DNA of 64,000 bases from an uncultured Spirochaetales bacterium (lineage in GTDB: Bacteria > Spirochaetota > Spirochaetia > Sphaerochaetales > Sphaerochaetaceae), in assembly GCA_902781545.1 (NCBI GenBank), contig CACZJR010000002.1, positions 5,134-69,133 on the forward strand. Direction: 5' to 3'. Positions 36,445 to 45,457 of the stretch are shown in pieces; positions within the stretch are counted from its first letter, which is position 1, and every line of letters begins with the position of its first letter. The translations under genes were made by a program, and so were the position numbers. Under the pieces are notes generated by a model that ran no database searches, was not told the origin of the DNA, and worked only from the letters and a program-made list of their open reading frames with translations.

Positions 36445-37818
36445 TTAAATCTCTAATCCTTTCGTAAAGAACTCATAGGCGGCCGAGAGAGCCGGATCTA
36501 TGCGCACCTTGTCCTTTGTTATGAACTCACCGGCCTTGATGTCTGCCGTCACCTCTGCCCAGTTGAGCAGATAGAACGGAAGCACTCCGGCAGGGACCTT
36601 GTCCTTCTCGTAGAGCTGAGGTGTGACATTCTCGATTGTGTGATGATGTCCCTCAACCTTGAGTGTCGAGCCTTTTTTCATGTCAACCTCGACCTTTCCG
36701 ACCATCACTGAGACCTGACGGCAGCTCTTGTGGAGGCCTATTCCCAGAAAATCCATCAGAAGGATCGACGCCGGTGTCTCAACACCGAGGAAGTGATACG
36801 GCCAGTAGATGCAGGCGTACTTCCCGTTCTTTCCCACGACATGGCCCTTGCCCCTGAGAGGCTCCCAGGTCTGCTCGTCGTTGCATCTGACAATGACGAA
36901 TTCTCCGCCGCCGAAGCTGACCTCGTCGGTGTACCTGTAATCGTAGAAGACATCCACGACTCCGGTCTCCTTCAGGATACCGCCGTCCTCCACAGGCACG
37001 AACACGTCTGCAAGCTCTGTGATCCTTGCCACCGGATAGTTGAGCTCAACTGCGGCAGGCCTGAGGCCTGTGACGTTCGAGACAAGGTTCATCTCACAGA
37101 GGTCTGCGGAGATCGGGCCCAGAAGTGACTTCAAAAGCTCTCCCCTTGCCTTGAGTGTCTCCACACCCTTGTACTCCCTGTACTTCTTGAGCTCAGGGAT
37201 GACTGCGGAGGGTTTCTCCTCAAAATAGGTGATCTCACATGTGTCCGGGTTGAAGATGATGTCGTTCTCACTGGACTTACCGGCGCAGATGATCTCAAGG
37301 CCCAGGGCCCTTGCCCATGAGCAGAGATCAGCCAGGTTTCTCGGCTGGTCGCCGTTTGCAAGCGTGTAGATGACACCCTTCTCCATGGCGAGCTTTGTGA
37401 GATAAGGTCCGCAGACGCTGTCTGTCTCCTTGGAGACCATGCAGACATTGATTCCGTTCTCAATTGCAAGAGCAGCCGCGGATGAGCTCAGGTCGACCTT
37501 TCCGGTGCACTCCACAACAGTGTTGAGCCCTGCAAAGGCAATGAGCCTGTAGTCGCTGACAACAAGTATATCATCAGCGCCTGCGGCCTTGACCTGTGCC
37601 TCTGTCTCGCAGACCTTGACCAGGCTCTTGTCGTAGCCGACCTTCTCCAGGACACTGACACACTCATCAGGGTGCCTTGAGCAGATAAGCCTGAGGGAGC
37701 ACTGCGGCGTGTACAGAAGCTGGACGACTATTGTGTAGCCGTAGCCTCTTGTGGCTCCGATAATACCGACTTTGGTCTTCTGACCCTTGAATTTATCCTC
37801 GATATATGAATAATCCAT
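36445..37818 (-). CDS. NAD(P)-binding oxidoreductase with C-terminal SAF-like domain (homoserine-dehydrogenase-like, COG4091-type)
   Basis: 457 aa with an N-terminal KVGIIGATRGYGYT dinucleotide-binding loop. Family recalled by overall architecture only. Confidence 0.5.
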   Translation of the reverse strand: MDYSYIEDKFKGQKTKVGIIGATRGYGYTIVVQLLYTPQCSLRLICSRHPDECVSVLEKVGYDKSLVKVCETEAQVKAAGADDILVVSDYRLIAFAGLNTVVECTGKVDLSSSAAALAIENGINVCMVSKETDSVCGPYLTKLAMEKGVIYTLANGDQPRNLADLCSWARALGLEIICAGKSSENDIIFNPDTCEITYFEEKPSAVIPELKKYREYKGVETLKARGELLKSLLGPISADLCEMNLVSNVTGLRPAAVELNYPVARITELADVFVPVEDGGILKETGVVDVFYDYRYTDEVSFGGGEFVIVRCNDEQTWEPLRGKGHVVGKNGKYACIYWPYHFLGVETPASILLMDFLGIGLHKSCRQVSVMVGKVEVDMKKGSTLKVEGHHHTIENVTPQLYEKDKVPAGVLPFYLLNWAEVTADIKAGEFITKDKVRIDPALSAAYEFFTKGLEI

Positions 37819-37831
37819 TCACTCCCCCTTG

Positions 37832-39343
37832 TCAGGCCTTCTTTGCCTTTGCTTTCTTGACGATGTTCATGACAACCGGAGCCAGGCAGAGAATCACTGT
37901 AATTCCGAGGAACACAGCTGAGATCGGCTTCTGCACGAAGATCAGCAGGTTGCAGTTGGAGATCTCCAGCGCCTGACGTGCCTTGAGCTCGAATATCGGA
38001 CCAAGGACAAACGCAAGGACAATCGGAGCCATCGGGTAACCGCACTTCTTCATGTAATATGCGGCAATACCGGCAATGATCATGACCTCGACATCGAAGA
38101 TGCTGTTTCCGACTGAATAAGATCCGATTACACAGACACCGATGATGATCGGGGCAAGGATCTTCTTGGGCACCTTCAGGATTCTCATCAGGATAGGAAT
38201 GACAAGAATACCTGCAATGACACACATGATGTTACCGATGTACATGGATGCGGTCATACCCCAGACGAACTCAGCCTCCTGCTCGTAAAGGAGCGGACCG
38301 GGCTTGAGGCCCCATGCCTGCAGTCCTCCGAGAAGGACAGCTGTTGTGGATGAGCCGGGGATTCCAAGTGCAAGAAGAGGAACAAAGGCACCTGCGGCGG
38401 CAGCGTTGTTGGCGGCCTCTGATGCCGAGACACCCTCAAGGACACCTGTTCCCATCTCTTTCTTATGACGGCCTATCTTCTTCTCAAGGATGTATGAGAG
38501 GAATGCGCCTGTTGTTCCGCCTGCTCCGGGCAGGAAGCCGACGAACATTCCGAGAATGGCACTTCTGACCATGACAGGCAGCAGCTGCAAGAACTGCTTG
38601 AAGCTGTAGAAGCTGTCGCGGATCCTGAGCTTTCCGGCATAGTCATGGCCCTGCTTGCTCGGATCCTCTGGCTCGAGCATCTCCATGACCTGGCTCAGAC
38701 CGAACATTCCGATTACAAGCGGGATGAAGTTGATTCCGGCCAGAAGCTTCATGGATCCGAATGTGTACCTGAAGTGGTTGGAGCTCTGGTCAATACCGAT
38801 TGTTGACAGGAGGACTCCTATACCAGTGGCGATCAGACAGGTGATCGGGTCATCACCAAGAAGCCATCCGATTGATGTCAGTGCCATGAAGACCAGTGAT
38901 GCAAGCTCTGCAGGACCGAACTTCAGACCGACCTTGGCAAGAGTCGGGCCCATGGCGGTGAGGAACAGGATTCCAATGAAGCCGCCGATGAATGAGGAGA
39001 TGTTGGCATTGAACAGTGCCTGTCCGGCCTTACCCTTTCTGGTAAGCGGATATCCGTCAAGGCTTGTCATGACAGCCGAACTGTCTCCCGGGATATTCAG
39101 CAGGATTGCGCTGTAAGCTCCGCCGAACATGTTTCCATAATAGATTCCGGCGAGCATGATTATTCCGGTTGTGGGATTCATCTTGTAGGTCATGGGCAGG
39201 AGAAGAGAACAGCCAGCGACTGCTCCGATTCCAGGCATGGCACCGACAAGGATTCCGATAATGCCTCCGATGAGGCAGGCAAAAAGGTTCATCGGGCTGA
39301 TTGCAGTGACAAAACCATGTGCAAGTAAAGCAAAGTTAGACAT
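37832..39343 (-). CDS. tctA: tripartite tricarboxylate transporter permease TctA
   Basis: 503 aa, polytopic, with TctA-type G-rich motifs (GAMPGIGAVAG, LPGAGGTTGAF). Confidence 0.85.
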   Translation of the reverse strand: MSNFALLAHGFVTAISPMNLFACLIGGIIGILVGAMPGIGAVAGCSLLLPMTYKMNPTTGIIMLAGIYYGNMFGGAYSAILLNIPGDSSAVMTSLDGYPLTRKGKAGQALFNANISSFIGGFIGILFLTAMGPTLAKVGLKFGPAELASLVFMALTSIGWLLGDDPITCLIATGIGVLLSTIGIDQSSNHFRYTFGSMKLLAGINFIPLVIGMFGLSQVMEMLEPEDPSKQGHDYAGKLRIRDSFYSFKQFLQLLPVMVRSAILGMFVGFLPGAGGTTGAFLSYILEKKIGRHKKEMGTGVLEGVSASEAANNAAAAGAFVPLLALGIPGSSTTAVLLGGLQAWGLKPGPLLYEQEAEFVWGMTASMYIGNIMCVIAGILVIPILMRILKVPKKILAPIIIGVCVIGSYSVGNSIFDVEVMIIAGIAAYYMKKCGYPMAPIVLAFVLGPIFELKARQALEISNCNLLIFVQKPISAVFLGITVILCLAPVVMNIVKKAKAKKA

Positions 39344-39354
39344 CAGTCACCTCC

Positions 39355-39849
39355 TCAAATTCCGAAGATCCCGCGTGGGAACGGAACCTTGAGCCAAAGA
39401 ACGAACACCGCATAGAAGAACAGTGTTATGACAGCGGTCACCCAGAGGGACTTGACCCATTTGTCATTGTTTACGACCTTCATGTAGAAGAAAAGCGAGA
39501 GATAAGTTCCGATCACCATTCCGAGGAACTTGATCAGAAGAATGGCAAGGATTGCGGTCACTGCGGGAAGCAGCGGCTTGAGCTTGACAAGCACATCCTT
39601 GAAGGAGACGGCGCTCTTCTCAACTGCAGCCTCTCCCTGACGCGATGCCACATAGGCCTTGATGTCCTTCACGAGCTTCACCACTGAGAACAGAAGCACA
39701 ATGGCGCCGAAAACTGTGGGAATGAAGCCGGTGTCTGCGGAAACGCCTGGAATCCACATACCGTATTCATTGATTCCCATGAACATCCATACGCATGATA
39801 TGATTATCAGTATCACTGAAATAACGATTCTAAGCATGGAATACCCCAT
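39355..39849 (-). CDS. tctB: tripartite tricarboxylate transporter small subunit TctB
   Basis: 164 aa with 4 TM helices, lying between tctC and tctA. Confidence 0.75.
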   Translation of the reverse strand: MGYSMLRIVISVILIIISCVWMFMGINEYGMWIPGVSADTGFIPTVFGAIVLLFSVVKLVKDIKAYVASRQGEAAVEKSAVSFKDVLVKLKPLLPAVTAILAILLIKFLGMVIGTYLSLFFYMKVVNNDKWVKSLWVTAVITLFFYAVFVLWLKVPFPRGIFGI

Positions 39850-39852
39850 TTC

Positions 39853-39884
39853 AAAAATGCCGCTGCATTTCGGGCAGCGGCATT
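39853..39884 (-). terminator. intercistronic attenuator/terminator hairpin after tctC
   Basis: The minus strand reads ATGCCGCTGC-CCGAAAT-GCAGCGGCAT followed by TTTTTG, between the tctC stop and the tctB start. Confidence 0.55.
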
Positions 39885-39900
39885 ATGTTTTCAAGACTTA

Positions 39901-40863
39901 TCAGAGAGCACCGGCCTTCTTTGCGGTCTCAAGAAGCATCTTCTCGTTCTCGAGATAGAATGTCCTGTAGTCGTCGCAGTTCATGTAGCGGTTCTCGATT
40001 CCGTTCTGGTTGCAGTAGTTCTGCCACTTCTCTGAAGCACAGACCTTAGCAAATGCATCTGACCACCAGAGCTGAGCCTCTCTGCTCATGCCGGCGCCTG
40101 CGAGCATTCCACGTGAGAAGTAGTATACCAGATCCTTGAAGCCCATCTCGACGAATGACGGAGCATCTGCGAAAGGAGCACCGAGTCTCTTCTCAGCCAT
40201 TGTTGCGATAGCCTTGAGCTGTCCGCCCTCGACAAGACCTGCACACTCTGACGGGTTGAACATACCGAACTCGATGTGGCCGCCGAGGATAGCTGTTGCG
40301 ATCTCTCCTGCGCTGTTGAAGTAGACTGTGTTGAACTGGGCACCGGTCTCGGTGTTGATGTTGTAGACACAGACCTTGTCGATGTCGTCTGCACAACCGA
40401 CTGTGAGCTTCATCGGGTTGGCCTTTGAGGCCTCAAGAGCCTGCTCATATGTCTGGTACGGGCTGTCTGCCTTTGTCACGAAGAGGACGTTGTCAACGCC
40501 GACAGATGCGAGCATTGTGAAGTTGTCCTTGGGGATTGTGCCGGCCTTGTTTCCGCCGACTGTATGACCGTCATTGATTGTGAAGATGGTGTAGTTCGGG
40601 TCTGACTTGGAATTGACATAAGCCTGGCCGACTGAACCGGATCCGCCACCCTTGTTGACAGGAACGATTGTCTGGTTTGTGAGCTTGAGGTCCTGGATGA
40701 TCTCAATGAGAAGACGTCCCATGATGTCGCTTCCGCCACCTGCTGAAGCCGGGATGACCAGCTCGATTGACTGTGATGGATAAGTTGACTCGCCAGATGC
40801 GTTGGCGAAAACGAATGTCATTGCGCTGAGAAGCACAAGAGCAAGAACAAGAATACGCTTCAT
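39901..40863 (-). CDS. tctC: tripartite tricarboxylate transporter substrate-binding protein TctC (Bug family)
   Basis: I trimmed the ORF to the MKRILVLALVLL start at 40863, which has an AGGAGG SD. It has a signal peptide and Bug/TctC size and composition. Confidence 0.8.
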   Translation of the reverse strand: MKRILVLALVLLSAMTFVFANASGESTYPSQSIELVIPASAGGGSDIMGRLLIEIIQDLKLTNQTIVPVNKGGGSGSVGQAYVNSKSDPNYTIFTINDGHTVGGNKAGTIPKDNFTMLASVGVDNVLFVTKADSPYQTYEQALEASKANPMKLTVGCADDIDKVCVYNINTETGAQFNTVYFNSAGEIATAILGGHIEFGMFNPSECAGLVEGGQLKAIATMAEKRLGAPFADAPSFVEMGFKDLVYYFSRGMLAGAGMSREAQLWWSDAFAKVCASEKWQNYCNQNGIENRYMNCDDYRTFYLENEKMLLETAKKAGAL

Positions 40864-40917
40864 CGTATTTCCTCCTTTTTGTTTTGGGTCTGCCTTCGTG
40901 GCAGGCAATTTCCATTT

Positions 40918-40933
40918 AGCAAAAACCGTGCCA
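40918..40933 (-). promoter_or_regulatory. sigma-54 (-24/-12) promoter
   Basis: The minus strand reads TGGCACGGTTTTTGCT, an exact fit to TGGCACG-N4-TTGCW. It is 55 nt upstream of the tctC ATG and downstream of the divergently placed enhancer-binding protein (EBP) gene end. Confidence 0.8.
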
Positions 40934-40976
40934 ATTGGTTTAAAAGGCGAAAATGCAATGGTTAAATTTAACTAAC

Positions 40977-40993
40977 TGTTGCAATTTGCAACA
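40977..40993. promoter_or_regulatory. candidate enhancer (UAS) for the sigma-54 activator
   Basis: TGTTGCAATTTGCAACA is a 7-3-7 inverted repeat. Additional TGCAA(C/T) half-sites lie nearby at 40953, 40999 and 41023. It is about 45-60 nt upstream of the -24 element. Confidence 0.45.
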
Positions 40994-41028
40994 CTTTGTC
41001 GCAACAATGCCACACAAATTTGATGCAA

Positions 41029-42897
41029 TCAGTCAGGTATACCGTATTTTGCCATTTTGCGGTAAAGCGTGCTCCTGTCCATGTTCAGTGCCCGGGCAGC
41101 CTCGGCCTTGCTCCTGTAGTTCTCAAGGGCTTCCTCTATCCTCTTCCTCTCATGTACCCCAACTGAGTCCGCATCTGATGACTTGCTTGCCTGACCGAAC
41201 AGCGTCTCAAGGTCATCTGCCGTGATTGTCTTTGACTCAGTTACGACAGAGAGCCTCTCGCACATGTTCTCAAGTTCCCTGACATTTCCCTCAAATCCAT
41301 AAGAGAGAAGATACGGATAGCAGTCCGGAGAGAACTCGTGGGACACACTGCCCATCTTCCTGTCGTAGAGCTCCAGGAAGAACTTCGCAAGTGTCACTAT
41401 GTCACCGCCCCTGTTTCTAAGGGCAGGGACATCGATTCTCAGGACATTCAGACGGAAGAACAGGTCTTTTCTGAAGCGGCCTTCCTTGACCTCATTCTCT
41501 ATGTCCCTGTTTGTCGCGGCTATGATCCTGACGTCGACCGGAATCACGGAGTCATCACCCAGACGGATGATTGAGTGCTCCGCAAGGACCCTCAGGAGCC
41601 TGGCCTGGAGCTGAAGGCCCATCTCCGAGACCTCGTCAAGGAATATGGTGCCGTTATGGGCAAGCTCGAAAAGCCCTGCCTTACCTGAGCGGGATGCTCC
41701 GGTGAAAGCACCTGCGGCATAACCGAAGAGCTCGCTCTCAAGGAGGTTCTCCGGAAGCGCGGCGCAGTTTATGGCCACGAACGGCCCGTTCTTCCTGTTG
41801 CTTGCACGGTGGATGCTCTGCGCGAAGAGCTCCTTTCCTGTTCCCGTCTCCCCCACAATCAGGATGCTTGAGTTAACCTTGCTGTACTTGAGCGCAAGCT
41901 CCTTGGCCTGCACCAGCGGCTTGCTCTTGCCTATGATGTCGTCAAAACCGTATTTGGCAACAAAACCCTTGGAGTACGCCGTCTGGCGGATCTTGGTCTC
42001 CATGTCCCTGATGACGTTGACCTTCTGGAGGATTAGGATGGCGCCGCTGAAGACACCGTCGATTCTTGTAGGGAACTTGTTTATGGAGTAATCCTTCTCC
42101 CCTATCCTGATGACCGTTCCGAACGTGGAGCCTATCATCGTGGAGATGTCGGGGTTGTCCAGGCTGGGCAGGATCTCATCGATTCTCTTGCCTATGGCAT
42201 TGTCCTCCCTGAGCCCGAAGAACTTGCAGGCATCGGAGTTGAATACCGTAACACGCTTCTGGGCGTCTATGGAGATGATGCCCTCTGAGACATTGTCCAG
42301 GATTGTCTGGAACTTCTCTGCACGTGCCTTCTGGTCCGCCGAGTACTCAAGAAGGGATATCGCCTCGTCTATCGCCTGTCTGACGCTGGCCTTGCTGGTG
42401 GTTATTAGAGAGCACGGAATCCCCTTGTTCCTGGCAAACTCAACAACGGCGTTGCCTCCCACAATGCAGTCCGCCCCGTCAGACAGGGCCTTGGAGACCA
42501 CTTTCCCGTAGTCCATGTCCTTTGAGACGGTAAGCACGGAATAATCGTCGAACATCCCTTTCATGATCTCTTCAACACCGTATGTGGTATTGGGAAGCGC
42601 AATCAGTGCCACATGGGACGGATTGCCCTCCTTTGCCTTGTTCAGGGCATTGAGGATATCATAGGCGCTCATGGGAATCTCGATGATCGGCATCTCGGGA
42701 TAATGCGTCTTGAGGAACTGGACGCTCATTCCCCTGGCAATGGCTATGTCACCGTAGAGCTTGTAATCCGGGATGTCATAGACGGCCATCGGGTGGGAGC
42801 GGAACTGGACCTTGTCCCTGTACGGATGCTCTGCCCAGACCTCGGTCACAACCTCGAGAAGGTTCGGATACGGGACTATACAGTCAATCAGATACAT
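41029..42897 (-). CDS. sigma-54-dependent transcriptional activator, PrpR-N + PAS + AAA+ + Fis HTH
   Basis: 622 aa with Walker A GETGTGKE, the GAFTGA loop (GYAAGAFTGA), ESELFG and a C-terminal HTH (AARALNMDRSTLYRKM). The N-terminal domain is PrpR-like. Confidence 0.85.
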   Translation of the reverse strand: MYLIDCIVPYPNLLEVVTEVWAEHPYRDKVQFRSHPMAVYDIPDYKLYGDIAIARGMSVQFLKTHYPEMPIIEIPMSAYDILNALNKAKEGNPSHVALIALPNTTYGVEEIMKGMFDDYSVLTVSKDMDYGKVVSKALSDGADCIVGGNAVVEFARNKGIPCSLITTSKASVRQAIDEAISLLEYSADQKARAEKFQTILDNVSEGIISIDAQKRVTVFNSDACKFFGLREDNAIGKRIDEILPSLDNPDISTMIGSTFGTVIRIGEKDYSINKFPTRIDGVFSGAILILQKVNVIRDMETKIRQTAYSKGFVAKYGFDDIIGKSKPLVQAKELALKYSKVNSSILIVGETGTGKELFAQSIHRASNRKNGPFVAINCAALPENLLESELFGYAAGAFTGASRSGKAGLFELAHNGTIFLDEVSEMGLQLQARLLRVLAEHSIIRLGDDSVIPVDVRIIAATNRDIENEVKEGRFRKDLFFRLNVLRIDVPALRNRGGDIVTLAKFFLELYDRKMGSVSHEFSPDCYPYLLSYGFEGNVRELENMCERLSVVTESKTITADDLETLFGQASKSSDADSVGVHERKRIEEALENYRSKAEAARALNMDRSTLYRKMAKYGIPD

Positions 42898-43718
42898 CTC
42901 TCGAACTCTCTCATGTTGTCTATGATTTTCTTTCCGGCCGCAGTCGGATCCGGACCGCTCTTCAGCTCTCCTGACAGATATCCATTGTAAGCACCATCTC
43001 TCAGGACTCTGAGATGTGATACGAAATCAATCTTGCCCATTCCGGGAATCATGCGGTCGGTGTCCGCGATATGGAAATGCAGGAGCTTTCCCGCATCAAG
43101 TGTCTTCTTCAGCGCTGCCAGCGGATCGTCCTCCGTGGCATCACCGTTATAAGTGTCAAAGAGCACACCGACATTCGGGTTTCCTGTCCTCTCTATGAAG
43201 GACATGGTCTCGGCGCAGGTGTTGAAGATGTCCGTCTGTCCCCTGTTCACGGGCTCAAGGGCTATTCTCACATCATTCTCCCTCAGCCTGGTCTCCAGCT
43301 TCTGGAAAAGGTCAGCCAGTATCTCCTCCGCAATGGCCACAGACCCGACATCCCTGGCCCAGCCGCGGAACGCCCCTATGGTGACAATGTGGTTGCCCAG
43401 CCTGGCTGCAAGCTCCACCATGTCGGAGAAAAGCGAGGCGCAGTCCTTCATCGTCTGCCTGTCAGAGGAAAGCAGCGTAAGGCCTGTGGCCGTGAACACG
43501 GCGCCGCTTGAGACATCTGATATCTCAAGTCCGTTCTTCCGGCAGGTCTCTAGCACATACCTGTAGTCACAGTCCCTGGGATACCCGCAGAGAAGCTCAA
43601 TCCCGTCATAGCCGAATGAGGTCATGTCGGACAGCTTTTTGTCAAATGAGCCTGACATCATTGAGAAGATAAAATCTTTCTTTATCTCCGGACTTGTTAT
43701 GCAAAGAGCGTACTTCAT
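42888..43718 (-). CDS. sugar phosphate isomerase/epimerase (xylose-isomerase-like TIM barrel)
   Basis: 276 aa. Family pattern: GYDGIEL...ALEPVNR...HFHIADT. It overlaps the EBP gene by 10 nt. Confidence 0.7.
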   Translation of the reverse strand: MKYALCITSPEIKKDFIFSMMSGSFDKKLSDMTSFGYDGIELLCGYPRDCDYRYVLETCRKNGLEISDVSSGAVFTATGLTLLSSDRQTMKDCASLFSDMVELAARLGNHIVTIGAFRGWARDVGSVAIAEEILADLFQKLETRLRENDVRIALEPVNRGQTDIFNTCAETMSFIERTGNPNVGVLFDTYNGDATEDDPLAALKKTLDAGKLLHFHIADTDRMIPGMGKIDFVSHLRVLRDGAYNGYLSGELKSGPDPTAAGKKIIDNMREFERCI

Positions 43719-43855
43719 GGAGCAACAACCAACACCCTATATATTGAGTTTTAATTCATTTTAAACCATGAGAACCCGTTTGCCAATTGAATAAGAAAAC
43801 AGTTTACTCTGCTCTGTTTTCATTATAAAGTTCACATAACCGCGCGGAGGATAAC

Positions 43856-44365
43856 ATGGGAAACATCGTGCTTGTTGTCATATTGGTGCTGATCGGAGTC
43901 ATCAGCATATTCAACCTGACCATCGGCAAGAAGAACCGCCAGAAGGCAAATGCGCACAACCGTGATGTGTTCGGGGCCCTGAGGGACAAGGCCGTGGATG
44001 AGTTCGGACAGGCCAAGTTCGACAAGATGAAGAAAATTCCGTACATGAGCGACAGCTCCAACGGCTATATCCTCTGCTTTGACAAAGAATCAGATGTAAT
44101 GGCAATGATAACCTATGAGGATGTTTTCAAGATGAAATGCAGCTCAAAGAAGAGTTTTGAGGCTATCATTGATGGAGATGACAGGTATTTCAACAGCCTT
44201 GTATGCCGCATAAGCGCCCCCGAGCTCGAGCAGGATGTGGATATCCGGCTCGCCGGAAGCAGGCACAGGAGAAACGGCTTCATGGGCAAGGCGATCCTGC
44301 AGGACGCCGAGGAGATGAGGACAATCATCACAACAGGGAAGATTCCTTCGGGGAAGGAGGACTGA
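43856..44365 (+). CDS. membrane-anchored hypothetical protein
   Basis: 169 aa with one N-terminal TM (IVLVVILVLIGVISIF). It has a GGAGG SD and I recognise no family. Confidence 0.5.
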   Translation: MGNIVLVVILVLIGVISIFNLTIGKKNRQKANAHNRDVFGALRDKAVDEFGQAKFDKMKKIPYMSDSSNGYILCFDKESDVMAMITYEDVFKMKCSSKKSFEAIIDGDDRYFNSLVCRISAPELEQDVDIRLAGSRHRRNGFMGKAILQDAEEMRTIITTGKIPSGKED

Positions 44366-44367
44366 TC

Positions 44368-45396
44368 ATGGACATGGTCACATTGGGGAGCACAGGGATT
44401 ACAGTGAACAAGAACGGGTTCGGAGCACTTCCGATCCAGAGGATATCAGAGGAAGATGCCGTGATGCTGCTGCGTAAGGCATACAATGCCGGGATGAGGT
44501 TCTTCGACACCTCACGCAAATACACTGACAGCGAGAAGAAGATCGGCATTGCATTCGAGAACATCCCGAGAGACAGCTACTACATCGCCACAAAGACAGG
44601 TGCTCAGACCGGAGACCAGCTCAGGGCGGGCATAGAGACCACCCTGCAGATGCTCAAGACTGATTACGTGGACATCTACCAGTTCCACAATCCGACCTTC
44701 TGTCCCCTTCCCGGTGACGGCACAGGCCTTTATGAGGCCATGCTTGAGGCAAAGCAGCAGGGCAAGGTCAGGCACATCGGAATCACCAACCACCGTCTTC
44801 ATGTGGCGCACACCGCGATTGACAGCGGCCTTTACGAGACATTGCAGTTCCCGTTCAGCTATGTGAGCGGAAAGCAGGAGCTTGAGCTTGTGGAGAAGTG
44901 CAAGGCACGCAACATGGGCTTCATAGCCATGAAGGGGCTCTCCGGAGGATTGCTTACGAACTTCAGGGCCTGCTATGCCTTTGAGGCCCAGTTCGACAAT
45001 GTGCTTCCGATCTGGGGCATTCAGAGGGAGAGAGAGCTTGACCAGTGGATCAGCTGCATAGACAATCCGCCTGCAATGACAGAGGAGATGAGACAGGTCA
45101 TCCAGAAGGACCGTGAGGAGCTCTGCGGTGATTTCTGCAGAAGCTGCGGCTACTGCATGCCCTGTACCGTAGGAATAGACATCAAGGACTGCGCCAGGAT
45201 GATCCAGCTGATTCGCAGGAACCCAAGCGCCAAATTCCTCACTGATGAGTGGATCGCCAAGATGCGCAAGATCAACGACTGCGTGGACTGCGGCAAATGC
45301 AAGTCAAAGTGCCCTTATGAGCTTGACACTCCGAACCTGCTCCGCAAGAACCTTGAGGACTACGAGAACATACTCGCAGGAAGAGCCAGCATCTGA
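44368..45396 (+). CDS. aldo/keto reductase with C-terminal 4Fe-4S binding region
   Basis: I trimmed the ORF to the ATG at 44368 (GGAAGGAGG SD, 2 nt after the previous stop). It has an AKR core (GFGALPIQR, DIYQFHN) plus CRSCGYCMPC...CVDCGKCKSKCP. Confidence 0.75.
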   Translation: MDMVTLGSTGITVNKNGFGALPIQRISEEDAVMLLRKAYNAGMRFFDTSRKYTDSEKKIGIAFENIPRDSYYIATKTGAQTGDQLRAGIETTLQMLKTDYVDIYQFHNPTFCPLPGDGTGLYEAMLEAKQQGKVRHIGITNHRLHVAHTAIDSGLYETLQFPFSYVSGKQELELVEKCKARNMGFIAMKGLSGGLLTNFRACYAFEAQFDNVLPIWGIQRERELDQWISCIDNPPAMTEEMRQVIQKDREELCGDFCRSCGYCMPCTVGIDIKDCARMIQLIRRNPSAKFLTDEWIAKMRKINDCVDCGKCKSKCPYELDTPNLLRKNLEDYENILAGRASI

Positions 45397-45457
45397 GCAT
45401 CTCACACCACTTTAATACTTCTCTCTGTTGTGATAGCATCGGCACAGAGGTTTTGCT

